A stretch of DNA of 62,212 nucleotides from Acidiferrobacterales bacterium (GCA_919902925.1 CAKKRZ010000068.1:3267-65478); one strand, 5' to 3'. Counted from the stretch's first letter, positions 18,331 through 27,830 are shown. Numbers and translations are program-made. Notes: generated from the letters alone by a model not told the origin.

Positions 18331-18455
18331 TATTGGGGCCGGCGCCGACACTCGGTGGTTGGCTGTGACGCCGTTCACCCGCATACCGCGCACCGCCGTG
18401 CTATGGTTTTGTCAGCCGCCGTCATCCATCAAGCGTACCCGGGAGCCACGACACC

Positions 18456-19871
18456 ATGAAAAAACCTGCACTGGTCGTTACCGTCCTCGCCACCCTACTG
18501 ACCATGGCGACGAGTCCCGTCCTGGGGGCGGAGGTTGTCGAGGGCCTGCGCCTCGTCAAGCAGGAGAAGTCCTTCGGCCCCGATCATCCGGGTGCGGTCT
18601 GGTCCACACTGATCGTGAGTCCGGACAACCGGCGCTTCGCCTATGCCGCGCGCACCGGCGAACAATGGCAGGTGGTACTGGACGGCCGGGCCAGCCCCGA
18701 ATACCCGGGCATTGGCCGCAACAGCATGCGCTTCAGCGCCGACAGCCGCCGCTTCGGCTTCTGGACCGGCCGCGGCGACCGTCGCTTCATGGTGATCGAT
18801 GGCAAGGAAGGACGTGGCTTCGATGGTCTGGGCAACGGCGATCCGGTGTTCAGCGCCGATGGCCGGCGCGTGGCCCATGCCGCCAAGCGCGGCGAGAAAT
18901 GGTTCGTGGTGGTCGATGACCGGGATGGCCCGACCTACGACGGCATCGGCAGCGACGACCCGGTCTTCAGTCCGGACGGTCAACGCGTAGCCTATGCCGC
19001 CCGCCGCGGTGCCAAGTGGTTGGTGGTGATCGACGGCAAGGAAGGCCCCGGGTACGACGCGGTTGGCGACGGCACGCCGTTCTTCAGTCCGGACAGCAAG
19101 CGCGTGGCCTACGTGGCCCGGCGCGGTGCGGTCTGGCACACGGTGGTCGATGGCCAGGAAGGACCGGGTTACGAAGGCCTGGGCAAGGGCAGCTTCGTAT
19201 TCAGCCCCGACAGCCAGCGGGTGGCTTACTGGGTGCGGGATGGCGAGTGCCGTAAGGTCTTCGTCGACGGCAAGAGCGGTCCCTGTTACGGGTCCATCGG
19301 CGATAACAGCCTCGTGTTCAGCCCGGACAGCAAACGCGTGGCCTACATGGCCCGCCGCGGTGAACAGCAATATGTCGTCCTCGACGGCGAACAGAGCCGC
19401 GGTTATAGCCGGCTGGGGACCACGGGTGTGCGCTTCAGCCCGGACAGCCGCCGCTATGCATTTACAGCCTGGAACGCTGAAGACCGGCGGATCGTGATCA
19501 TCGACGGCCGGGAAGGATCGGGTTACGACGGGATCGGGTCGACCGGCATCATCTTCAGCCCGGACAGCCAGCGCTACGCCTATGCCGCACGACGCGGCAA
19601 CCAGTGGCTGATCGTCACGGATGGCAAGGAGGGCCCGGGTTTCGACGGCGTCGGCAAGGGCGCCTACGTGTTCAGCCCCGACAGCCGTCACGTCGCCTAT
19701 CAGGCGCGGCGCGGGCAAGGCTGGCTGATCGTGGTGGATGGTGTCGAAACCGGCAACTATCGCGGTTTCCTGAACGGCTCGACCCTGGTGTTCGACGGCC
19801 CGACCCGTTTCCGCACCCTCGCCGACGTCGGCGGCGACTCGTCGCTGATCGAGGTCGAGATCGTCAGGTAG
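18456..19871 (+). CDS. Secreted repeat protein: ten tandem 39-aa PD40/WG-like beta-propeller repeats
   Basis: Signal peptide MKKPALVVTVLATLLTMATSPVLGA. Repeat unit is FSPD(G/S)xRVAYxARRGxxWxVVxDGKEGPGYDGIG, ten copies. Confidence 0.8.
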   Translation: MKKPALVVTVLATLLTMATSPVLGAEVVEGLRLVKQEKSFGPDHPGAVWSTLIVSPDNRRFAYAARTGEQWQVVLDGRASPEYPGIGRNSMRFSADSRRFGFWTGRGDRRFMVIDGKEGRGFDGLGNGDPVFSADGRRVAHAAKRGEKWFVVVDDRDGPTYDGIGSDDPVFSPDGQRVAYAARRGAKWLVVIDGKEGPGYDAVGDGTPFFSPDSKRVAYVARRGAVWHTVVDGQEGPGYEGLGKGSFVFSPDSQRVAYWVRDGECRKVFVDGKSGPCYGSIGDNSLVFSPDSKRVAYMARRGEQQYVVLDGEQSRGYSRLGTTGVRFSPDSRRYAFTAWNAEDRRIVIIDGREGSGYDGIGSTGIIFSPDSQRYAYAARRGNQWLIVTDGKEGPGFDGVGKGAYVFSPDSRHVAYQARRGQGWLIVVDGVETGNYRGFLNGSTLVFDGPTRFRTLADVGGDSSLIEVEIVR

Positions 19872-20580
19872 CGCGGCCTTCGAGGCGCGCGACAGTAGAC
19901 TCGATCCACGCTTCGGCGCGGCGATTGATCTCGGCGGCGGTCAGCCCGCGCGGGTCGATCGCCGGGCCGATCACCACCCGCACCGTGCCCGGCTGCTTGA
20001 TCGCCTTGCGCCGCGGCCAGAAGTGGCCGGCGTTGTGCGCCACCGGTACCACCGGATAGCCGCTGGCCTCGGCCAGCACCGCCCCGCCGAGTCCGTAACG
20101 CCGTCGCTGTCCCGGCGCCGTCCGCGTGCCTTCCGGGAAGATCACCACCCAGATGCCTTCGTGCAGACGCTCGCGGCCCTGCTCCACCACCTGCTCGACC
20201 GCCTTGCGACCGGCGCCACGATTGATGGCGATCGGCTTCATCAGCGTCAACGCCCAGCCGAACAGCGGAATCCACATCAGCTCGCGCTTCAACACCCAGG
20301 TCTGCATCGGAAAAATCGTCTGGAACGCAATCGTCTCCCAGGTGGATTGGTGCTTGCCCAGCAGGATGGCCGCGCCGGTGGGCAGGTGCTCGCGTCCTTC
20401 CACCGTGTAATCGATGCGCAGCAGGACCTTCGCCAGCCAGGTGTGGAACCGCGCCCAGGCGCTGATCAGCCGGTACCGCCACCGATAGGGCAACGGGAAA
20501 GTCAGCAGCGCCAGCGGCGCGTACACCGGCACCGACAGCCAGAAGATCAGGTTGAACAGCAGCGAACGGAGCAGGATCAC
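19864..20580 (-). CDS. plsC: 1-acyl-sn-glycerol-3-phosphate acyltransferase
   Basis: GKHQSTWE (HX4-type acyltransferase box) and FPEGTR motifs. 238 aa. Confidence 0.85.
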   Translation of the reverse strand: MILLRSLLFNLIFWLSVPVYAPLALLTFPLPYRWRYRLISAWARFHTWLAKVLLRIDYTVEGREHLPTGAAILLGKHQSTWETIAFQTIFPMQTWVLKRELMWIPLFGWALTLMKPIAINRGAGRKAVEQVVEQGRERLHEGIWVVIFPEGTRTAPGQRRRYGLGGAVLAEASGYPVVPVAHNAGHFWPRRKAIKQPGTVRVVIGPAIDPRGLTAAEINRRAEAWIESTVARLEGRAT

Positions 20581-20584
20581 GCGA

Positions 20585-21130
20585 TCAATCGAGCTGGTCG
20601 GTCACCAGCGCGTCGGTAAAACCGGCGAGGTCGTCGAACACCGGCGCGTCGCCGAGCTGCTTCGATTTTCGCAGCGTACGCACCCCCTTGCCGGTACGGA
20701 CCAGCACCGGTTGCGCACCGGCCGCCCTGGCCGCCACCAGATCGCGCTCCGAATCGCCAATCGCATAGACATTGTCCAGCGAGGTCTTGAGACGATCGGC
20801 GATTTCCTCGTACAGGCCGGGGGCCGGCTTGCGGCAACGACAATCGTCGTCCGGGCCGTGCGGGCAGAAAAAGATAGCGTCGATCTCACCGCCCTTGTCG
20901 CGCACCGCCTCCAGCATGCGGCGATGGATACGGGCCAGCGTGTCGAGGGTGAACAGGCCGCGCGCCACCCCGGACTGGTTGGTGGCCACCGCCACCCGGT
21001 AACCGTGACGATTCAGCCGGGCGATGGCCTCCAGGCTGCCGGGAATGGGGTTCCATTCTTCCGGCGACTTGATATAAGCGTCGGAGTCCTCGTTGATGAC
21101 CCCGTCGCGGTCGAGAATGACAAGTTTCAT
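20585..21130 (-). CDS. gmhB: D-glycero-beta-D-manno-heptose-1,7-bisphosphate 7-phosphatase
   Basis: HAD motif LDRDGVIN and the CxCRKP Zn-binding loop (CPHGPDDDCRCRKP). 181 aa. Confidence 0.88.
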   Translation of the reverse strand: MKLVILDRDGVINEDSDAYIKSPEEWNPIPGSLEAIARLNRHGYRVAVATNQSGVARGLFTLDTLARIHRRMLEAVRDKGGEIDAIFFCPHGPDDDCRCRKPAPGLYEEIADRLKTSLDNVYAIGDSERDLVAARAAGAQPVLVRTGKGVRTLRKSKQLGDAPVFDDLAGFTDALVTDQLD

Positions 21131-21141
21131 ATACTAATTTC

Positions 21142-21219
21142 TGCCGCAAAGACGCGAAGTACGCAAAGAAAAGCAGGAATTTACAGGAAAATCTTTGCGC
21201 TCTTTGCGCCTTTGCGGCA
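21142..21219. repeat. Imperfect 28-bp inverted repeat (TGCCGCAAAG..CGCAAAGA / TCTTTGCG..CTTTGCGGCA)
   Basis: The arms at 21142-21169 and 21192-21219 are complementary apart from a few mismatches. Lies in the intergenic gap between gmhB and the MazG-like gene. Confidence 0.7.
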
Positions 21220-21234
21220 AGAAACTCATATAGG

Positions 21235-21564
21235 TCAGTCCTTAAACTCCGACACGCGGATACGGCCGTTGACCATCTTGCCTTCGCGTGACTGAATCTT
21301 CTGCATTTTTTCCCAGAAGGCCTTCTTGAGGTCGAAGTCCTGGGCGATGGCGGTTCCGATCAACAGAATAAAGAGATCGGCGACCTCCTCGGCCAGCTCT
21401 TCTTTCGGCTTGCCCTTGGTCACGCACTCGGCGATCTCGCCCAGTTCCTCGCTCATCAGGGCGATGCGGTAGATCATTTCCTCGCCGCCGCGTTCGCGGA
21501 ACTGATGCTTGGCATGAAAGGCCTGCACAGCCTTGAGCATTTCTTCATAAGAATCAGTGTTCAT
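21235..21564 (-). CDS. MazG-like all-alpha nucleotide pyrophosphohydrolase family protein
   Basis: 109 aa with EELGEIAE and EEVADLFILL acidic metal-binding helices. Its ATG overlaps the glyS stop (ATGA at 21561-21564). Confidence 0.7.
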   Translation of the reverse strand: MNTDSYEEMLKAVQAFHAKHQFRERGGEEMIYRIALMSEELGEIAECVTKGKPKEELAEEVADLFILLIGTAIAQDFDLKKAFWEKMQKIQSREGKMVNGRIRVSEFKD

Positions 21565-23738
21565 GGCTGTCTGCCCTGCAAGCGGGAAATGTCGGCGGCG
21601 CCGAGAAACAGGTTGCTGAGGCTGTTCAGAAGCGCCAGCCGGTTCTGTTTGAGCGATTCGTCCTCGACCATCACCATGACTTTGTCGAAGAAAGTGTCGA
21701 CCGGGCCGCGCAACGAGGCCAGACTCCGCAGCGCTGCTTCGAAGTCACCTTTCACAAACAGGGGTTCAACCTCAGCACGGCGGGCGTTCACCTGTTCCGC
21801 CAGCACGCGTTCGGCGTCTTCGCGCAGTAGTGAGGCATCCACCTGGTCGCGGGGCTTGCCACCGGCCTGTTTCAGAATATTGCGGATACGCTTGTTGGCC
21901 GCCGCCAAGGCCTCGGCCTCCGGCAATCGACGGAAGGCCTTGAGCGCCTTGAGGCGCGGCAAGAGCTGATCGAGCCGTGTCACCCCGAGCGCCAATACCG
22001 CCTCGATCTCGTCCGCCTCGAAATCCTGCTCGCGCAACCACGGGCGCAGGCGGTCGGCAATGAAAACCATCAGGTCCTGTGCGACGCTCTCGGCGACGAT
22101 GCCGGCCGGGAACTGGCTGCGCGCCAGTTGCAGGAGGTCGCCAAGATCGAGCGACAGGGACTTTTCGACCAGGATGCGCACCACACCCAGCGCCTGCCGG
22201 CGCAGGCCAAAGGGATCCTTGTCGCCGGTGGGTACGAGGCCGATGCCATAGATACCGACCAACGTGTCGAGCTTGTCTGCCAGTGCCACACAGATTCCGG
22301 TCGTCGAACGGGGAAGCCCGTCACCGGCAAAGCGCGGCTGATAGTGCGCGATGGAGGCACCGGCCACCGCCGGGTCTTCTCCGTCGTGCAGGGCGTAGTA
22401 ATAACCCATGAACCCTTGCAGTTCCGGAAACTCGCCGACCATTTCTGTCAGCAGGTCGGCCTTGCACAGTCGGGCCGCGCGCTCAGCCAGACGCACATCG
22501 CTGCCAATCTGTTCGGCGATGGCCACCGCCAATTTCTCCAGACGCTGCACCCGTTCCAGCTGGCTGCCGAGCTTGTTGTGATAGACGACGTTCGCGAGCC
22601 GCGGCACGCGGGAATCGAGCCGGGCCTTGCGGTCCTGTTCATAGAAAAACTTGGCGTCCGAAAGCCGCGCGCGCAGCACGCGCGCATTGCCGTGGACGAT
22701 ATTGTTAGGGCTGCCGGTCTCAAGATTGCTGACCAACAGATATTTCGGTAACAACTCGGCACGCTGGCTCATGAGCGCAAAGTATTTCTGATTCTTCTGC
22801 ATCGTCAGGCTGATGCACTGCGCAGGAACTGCCAGGTACTCGCGCTCGAACTCGCCGGCGTAAACTGCCGGCCATTCCACCAGCGCCGTGACTTCGTCCA
22901 GCAAATCCTGGTTCCGGCCAAGAATCCAGGTTGCCGCAGCCCTGGCTTCGTCAGTAATGTTGCGAGCAACTTCGACCGCTGTGGGTTCAACAATAAACTT
23001 CCCGTCGCGTCCCCGATATGCGCCGAGCAGCCAGCGGGCATCCCCGGCCTCCGCCTTCAGGCGGCGGACGATCTCGTCGCGTCGCTCATCGAAACCGGCG
23101 ATGACCTTCCCCTGCCCCTTGAGGATGGACTCGTAGCGGTCGGCATGCGAAATGACGAGCTGGCCTTTGGACAGGAAACGGTGGCCGAGAGTTTTGTTGC
23201 CGCTCTTGATCCCCAGCACCGTGCCGGGGATCAGCTTGCTGCCGTGCAGCAGGATCAGCCCGTGCACCGGCCGGACGAACTGCGCCTCGCCGTCGCCCCA
23301 GCGCATGACCTTCGGGATCGGCAGGGCCTTGAGTGCCTGCGCGACAAATTCCGGAACCAGCTTCGCCAGCGGTTCACCTTTGATTTTGACCGCATAGGCA
23401 TAACGCCCGTCCTGTACGGAGAGCTTGTCGACCGACACACCGAGACCGCGGGCAAAACCTTCGACGGCCTGCGCCGGCGCGCCCTCTTTCGGTCCCTGCC
23501 GGTTCTGTTCGCGATCGGTCTGCTGCGCCAGAACCCCGGACACGCGCACCGCGAGGCGGCGTGGGGTGGCGAACGGCGTGGTGGTTGAGCCGTCGGTCAG
23601 CAGGTGGGCGTCACGCAGTGCCTTCTCGACCCCTTCGGCAAACACCTCGCTGAGACGGCGCAGCGACTTGGGCGGCAGTTCCTCGGTGCGCAGTTCGATC
23701 AATAAGCTATCGGCCTTCGACTTTGTGGCGCGGGCCAT
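21561..23738 (-). CDS. glyS: Glycine--tRNA ligase beta subunit
   Basis: 725 aa starting with the LLIELRTEELPPK N-terminal signature. Immediately follows glyQ. Confidence 0.93.
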   Translation of the reverse strand: MARATKSKADSLLIELRTEELPPKSLRRLSEVFAEGVEKALRDAHLLTDGSTTTPFATPRRLAVRVSGVLAQQTDREQNRQGPKEGAPAQAVEGFARGLGVSVDKLSVQDGRYAYAVKIKGEPLAKLVPEFVAQALKALPIPKVMRWGDGEAQFVRPVHGLILLHGSKLIPGTVLGIKSGNKTLGHRFLSKGQLVISHADRYESILKGQGKVIAGFDERRDEIVRRLKAEAGDARWLLGAYRGRDGKFIVEPTAVEVARNITDEARAAATWILGRNQDLLDEVTALVEWPAVYAGEFEREYLAVPAQCISLTMQKNQKYFALMSQRAELLPKYLLVSNLETGSPNNIVHGNARVLRARLSDAKFFYEQDRKARLDSRVPRLANVVYHNKLGSQLERVQRLEKLAVAIAEQIGSDVRLAERAARLCKADLLTEMVGEFPELQGFMGYYYALHDGEDPAVAGASIAHYQPRFAGDGLPRSTTGICVALADKLDTLVGIYGIGLVPTGDKDPFGLRRQALGVVRILVEKSLSLDLGDLLQLARSQFPAGIVAESVAQDLMVFIADRLRPWLREQDFEADEIEAVLALGVTRLDQLLPRLKALKAFRRLPEAEALAAANKRIRNILKQAGGKPRDQVDASLLREDAERVLAEQVNARRAEVEPLFVKGDFEAALRSLASLRGPVDTFFDKVMVMVEDESLKQNRLALLNSLSNLFLGAADISRLQGRQP

Positions 23739-23741
23739 GGC

Positions 23742-24677
23742 TCAGGCTTTCCCTGAAGGTTTACACATGGGGAAGCCCAAACGTTCGCGCGATTCGTAAT
23801 AGCTCTGCGCCACGGCGCGCGCCAGGGTGCGGACGCGCGCGATGTAGCCGGCGCGTTCGGTGACCGAGATGGCGCCACGGGCATCGAGCAGGTTAAAGCT
23901 GTGCGAGCACTTCATGACCATCTCGAACGCGGGCAGCGGCAGTTGCGCTTCCATCAGCCGCGCCGCCTCGGATTCGAAACCGTTGAACTGTTCGAGAAGC
24001 CAGTTGACGTTGGCGACCTCGAAGTTGTACTTCGACTGCTCCACCTCGTTCTGGTGGTACACGTCGCGATAGGTCACGCCCGGCGTCCAGACGAGATCGA
24101 ACACGTTCTCGACCCCTTGCAAGTACATGGCCAGACGTTCGAGCCCGTAGGTGATCTCGCCCAGCACCGGCTTGCAGGGCAGCGATCCGACTTCCTGGAA
24201 ATAGGTGAACTGCGTCACCTCCATGCCATTCAGCCATACCTCCCAACCCAATCCCCAGGCGCCCAGCGTCGGCGACTCCCAGTCGTCCTCAACGAAGCGG
24301 ATGTCGTGAGCCTTGGTATCGATGCCGAGCACGCGCAGCGAATCGAGATACAGATCCTGAATATCGATCGGCGAGGGTTTGAGCACCACCTGAAACTGGT
24401 AGTAATGCTGCAAGCGGTTCGGGTTGTCGCCGTAGCGGCCGTCCTTGGGGCGGCGCGTGGGCTGCACGTAGGCGGCGTTCCACGGCTCCGGCCCGAGCGC
24501 GCGCAGGAAGGTGGCGGTGTGGAAGGTCCCGGCCCCGACCTCGATGTCATAGGGTTGCAGGATGGCGCAGCCCTGGTCGGACCAGTAATTCTGCAGGCGC
24601 AGGATCAGGTCCTGAAAACTCAGCACGGACTTGCCGTCACGGGCGCGGCGGGATGGGGTGGATTTGGCTTTTTTCAT
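23742..24677 (-). CDS. glyQ: Glycine--tRNA ligase alpha subunit
   Basis: [17 protein letters not shown] and general GlyQ-like sequence throughout. Start taken at the internal ATG 24677 (MKKAKS...). Confidence 0.93.
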   Translation of the reverse strand: MKKAKSTPSRRARDGKSVLSFQDLILRLQNYWSDQGCAILQPYDIEVGAGTFHTATFLRALGPEPWNAAYVQPTRRPKDGRYGDNPNRLQHYYQFQVVLKPSPIDIQDLYLDSLRVLGIDTKAHDIRFVEDDWESPTLGAWGLGWEVWLNGMEVTQFTYFQEVGSLPCKPVLGEITYGLERLAMYLQGVENVFDLVWTPGVTYRDVYHQNEVEQSKYNFEVANVNWLLEQFNGFESEAARLMEAQLPLPAFEMVMKCSHSFNLLDARGAISVTERAGYIARVRTLARAVAQSYYESRERLGFPMCKPSGKA

Positions 24678-24782
24678 GAGCGGGTAGCTGGGCGGATTAT
24701 AACCGCCCCCCTCCCCGACCTGCACGGCTGTGGTTCGGAACCAGAGACCATGGCGGAATGCCGGGCCTGGATCGGATCGGCA

Positions 24783-24814
24783 GGGTGGGACGATGTTGGT
24801 GCCCTCGCGGAACC
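24783..24814 (+). repeat. GGGTGGG..GTTGGTGCCC.CGCGG repeat, copy 1
   Basis: Differs from 25509-25540 by 3 mismatches plus a 1-nt indel over 32 nt. A related inverted copy lies at 24856-24889. Confidence 0.8.
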
Positions 24815-25038
24815 GTCAGAGGGGTATAGCGAGCGTGGCAGCGTTTGTCGACGATCCGCGTGGGCAACCCAAACTCGGGTTACCCACCCTACTCAGCGGG
24901 CTGGGCCAATGGGCCCGCACAAGTTCTTGCCGGACCTTCTGAGGTGTAAGCTGTCTGTGCTCACGATAGGTACTGGTGGTGGGCAACCAACCGGAACGGT
25001 GAATGAGCGCGCCCTAAACTGTGGTCTGAGCTTCCTGC

Positions 25039-25509
25039 ATGCGAATTTATTTCATATCTCCATGGAGGGTGGTGAGCTTTGCTGCGCTTGGACTCGCGGC
25101 GGGCATTTGGGTTGCGTATGGTGCCGGTGGATTGCCTATTGAACACAGATTCGCACCAATAATTGTCGCCGTTTCGGTGCTGTTCTGCGTGGCTGTAATA
25201 TTTCAAGCAGTAATCATTACCAAGGGCGCCATCTACCTCAGAGCAGAATTCCCAAGTCCCGCGGTTGAAAGAATTGCATACGGAAAAATTAAGAGCATAA
25301 CCTTGAGGAGCCGGAAAGACCCTCGAGCAAAAGCAACTCTGTGGCCGGCAAAAACGCCACGCGCGATCGGCCTGTCCGGAGAGGAGATGTTATTTCTCGA
25401 TATTGCACTGAAGAACGAGAAGAAAAGAAGACGGATCCCGTTGCGTTTGTTTGGATTGCGGACGCGCGAAAAGCTTGTTCAGACTCTTTTTGAACGATTA
25501 ACCCGATAG
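25039..25509 (+). CDS. Hypothetical 2-TM membrane protein with possible bacterial PH-like C-terminal domain
   Basis: 156 aa with two hydrophobic helices followed by a basic soluble domain. The gene is visibly more AT-rich than its flanks. No recognisable motif. Confidence 0.55.
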   Translation: MRIYFISPWRVVSFAALGLAAGIWVAYGAGGLPIEHRFAPIIVAVSVLFCVAVIFQAVIITKGAIYLRAEFPSPAVERIAYGKIKSITLRSRKDPRAKATLWPAKTPRAIGLSGEEMLFLDIALKNEKKRRRIPLRLFGLRTREKLVQTLFERLTR

Positions 25510-25540
25510 GGTGGGCACGGTGTTGGTGCCCACGCGGGAC
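25509..25540 (+). repeat. GGGTGGGCACGGTGTTGGTGCCCACGCGGGAC repeat, copy 2 (hairpin GTGGGCAC/GTGCCCAC)
   Basis: Starts on the last base of the stop codon of the 25039-25509 ORF and ends 4 nt before the mtgA stop. Confidence 0.8.
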
Positions 25541-25543
25541 GGG

Positions 25544-26389
25544 TCAGAGCCGGTCTCCCCAGACGGAACGCGGTGACGGTGCGGGTTTCGCGGTTACGGG
25601 GCTGGCGGCCGGCGGAACCGGCGGCAGAAGATCGGCCGCATCACCTGGAAAACGGTTCAACAGCCGCAACACCCGCTGCGCGCGCTTGTCGAACGCCTCG
25701 CTGCGCGTGGCCGGGTTGTGCTTGCGCGGGCTCGGCAGGGTGGCGGCCAGCTCCGCCGCCTGCTGCGGCGTGAGCTGCTCGACATCCCTGTCCCAGTAGT
25801 GGCGCGCCGCCGCCTGAACGCCGTACACACCGTGACCGAACTCGGCGACGTTGAGATACAACTCGAGGATGCGGTGCTTGGTAAGGCTCTGCTCCATGCC
25901 CCAGGTCAGGATCAGCTCGTGCCACTTGCGCAGCGGATCGCGCGAGCGCGTGAGATAGATGTTCTTCACGGTCTGCTGCGAGATGGTGCTGGCGCCGAAG
26001 ACGAGACGACCCTCATCGAGATTGCGGCCCATCGCCTCCTTGAAGGCCAGCAGGTCGAAACCGCTGTGGGTGTAAAACCGGCTGTCCTCGGACAGGATCA
26101 CCGCCCGTTGCACGGTCTTGGGGATAGCCTGCAGGGTCACCGGCTGCCAGCGCAGGTCCGGCCAGTCGTGGCGACCGACGCGCTCCCGCTTGTATTCCTG
26201 TATGAAACTGGAGACCGGGACCGGTCCGGCGGCCAGTTTCTTCCAGTCCGGCCAGATGACCGCCAGATAAAAGAGGTCAATGATCAGCAGGATCAGGAAG
26301 ATGCGCAGTGTCCAGCGCAGCACGACCGCGCCGCGCGTCAGCCACTGGACGATCGGCAGCTCCCGGAACGAAAAACGGCGTCGCGGCAT
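25544..26389 (-). CDS. mtgA: Monofunctional biosynthetic peptidoglycan transglycosylase
   Basis: EDSRFYTHSGFD, GASTISQQ and RKWHE GT51 motifs with an N-terminal TM anchor. Confidence 0.88.
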   Translation of the reverse strand: MPRRRFSFRELPIVQWLTRGAVVLRWTLRIFLILLIIDLFYLAVIWPDWKKLAAGPVPVSSFIQEYKRERVGRHDWPDLRWQPVTLQAIPKTVQRAVILSEDSRFYTHSGFDLLAFKEAMGRNLDEGRLVFGASTISQQTVKNIYLTRSRDPLRKWHELILTWGMEQSLTKHRILELYLNVAEFGHGVYGVQAAARHYWDRDVEQLTPQQAAELAATLPSPRKHNPATRSEAFDKRAQRVLRLLNRFPGDAADLLPPVPPAASPVTAKPAPSPRSVWGDRL

Positions 26390-26450
26390 TTTAGCGGGTC
26401 AACCCCAAATGCCTTGACCGGCCGCGCGCGGACGCCAACAATGGCCCGGC

Positions 26451-27830
26451 ATGCATCCCCGGTACCGGCGCGAACACCCGCTTACCATCGCCTCCGCCAT
26501 GGCGGCCGGAGCCTTCTGGCTCGGCTTGCTGGGCGTCTTGCTGTGGCTGTCGGACAAATATCTTCCGGAATACGGCATGGCGTTCGGGCTGTCGGCGTTC
26601 GTGCTGTTCCCGATTCTAACCTACTCGACGGACGCGCTGCGGCGGGCCGGACAAGTGGCGTGGCTGCACGGGCACGCGGTCGAGATCACCCCGAAGCAAT
26701 TTCCCGATCTGCACGCGCGCCTCAAACAGGCGGCGCGGCGCCTGGAGCTGGCGGTACCGCACGCCTTTCTCGTTCGTCACGCCGGCCACGCGCCGACCTG
26801 GAGCCTGCGGCTGCGCGGACAACGTTATCTGGCCATCGATGCCGAGCTGGTCGGCACGCTGACCGAACGCCAGGGCGCCATCGACTTCTATTTCGGTCAC
26901 GAACTCGCCTGGCTGGCCGATCCGCTGGCGGCCTGGCGGCCGCTGCTCTATCCGGCCACGGTGCTGCCGCTGCTCGGGGCGGCGCTGGAACGGGCGCGTC
27001 TTTTTACCGGCGACCGGACCGGGCTCGCCGTCTGCAAGACCGCCGTGGACGCCGCCCTGGCGCTGGCGGTGCTGGCCAGCGGTTCGCGCCGCTGGAAGTC
27101 ATTTAACATCGCCGCCTTCACCGCCCAGAACGCCGAGCGTGTGCAGTTGGTCCCGTCTTTATCCGAAATCGTCTCGCCCCGTCCCTGGCTCTCCCGCCGT
27201 ATCGCCGAGCTGCGCACCGCTGCCAATCCGTCGGAAGCGGCGTATCCGCCCCGTCACCGTTTCGCCTACGTGCTCGCGCTCTTCTGCCCGCGGTTGTCGC
27301 GCTCACCGGCCCGCTTCAGCCTGCATGCCCTGATCCTGCTCGTCTGGATCGTGCTGGGCATCGGCGCCCATGCCGGAATCACCTACCTGCTGGTGCTGGC
27401 CGAGGTGCTCGATCCGGTCGAAAGCCGGATCGACAACCGCGTGGTTGCGGTCGGCCGGCATCAGACACCGGCCGCTGCCGTCACCCCGTCCACCACACCC
27501 GCCGACGACAAACCGGCCGACACCAATCCCTATACCCGCCTGAACGACGACCTGCGCCGGCTTGGCGATATCGCCGCCGAGCGCTCGGCCAAGCTGGGCG
27601 GCATCGCCTGCGAAGTGGGACCGATCCAGAACCTGCGGCTCCACTATCGCGCGGAACGTTACGCCTTCAGTTGTGACGAGCCGCTGGTGTACACGGTGAT
27701 TGAGGCCGGGGAATTCGAGCCCGGCCGGCCGTCGTTCCTGCACAATTACAACTGGCGCCTGAAACGCTTCTCGCCCGCGGTTTCCGGCGCTACACCGACA
27801 AAACCCACGGAACCGGCCGGCGGCGAGTAG
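26451..27830 (+). CDS. Hypothetical polytopic membrane protein with degenerate M48-like core (HELAW instead of HExxH)
   Basis: 459 aa. TM segments lie at the N-terminus and near residues 280-310. FGHELAWLADP sits where M48-type peptidases carry HExxH. Confidence 0.6.
   Translation: MHPRYRREHPLTIASAMAAGAFWLGLLGVLLWLSDKYLPEYGMAFGLSAFVLFPILTYSTDALRRAGQVAWLHGHAVEITPKQFPDLHARLKQAARRLELAVPHAFLVRHAGHAPTWSLRLRGQRYLAIDAELVGTLTERQGAIDFYFGHELAWLADPLAAWRPLLYPATVLPLLGAALERARLFTGDRTGLAVCKTAVDAALALAVLASGSRRWKSFNIAAFTAQNAERVQLVPSLSEIVSPRPWLSRRIAELRTAANPSEAAYPPRHRFAYVLALFCPRLSRSPARFSLHALILLVWIVLGIGAHAGITYLLVLAEVLDPVESRIDNRVVAVGRHQTPAAAVTPSTTPADDKPADTNPYTRLNDDLRRLGDIAAERSAKLGGIACEVGPIQNLRLHYRAERYAFSCDEPLVYTVIEAGEFEPGRPSFLHNYNWRLKRFSPAVSGATPTKPTEPAGGE

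Noticed and set aside
24725-25038. Possible tRNA or small RNA in the glyQ upstream region
   Set aside because: No cloverleaf-compatible sequence or T-loop GGTTCGAATCC-type motif is present. The hairpins belong to the GGGTGGG..GCCCAC repeat family.
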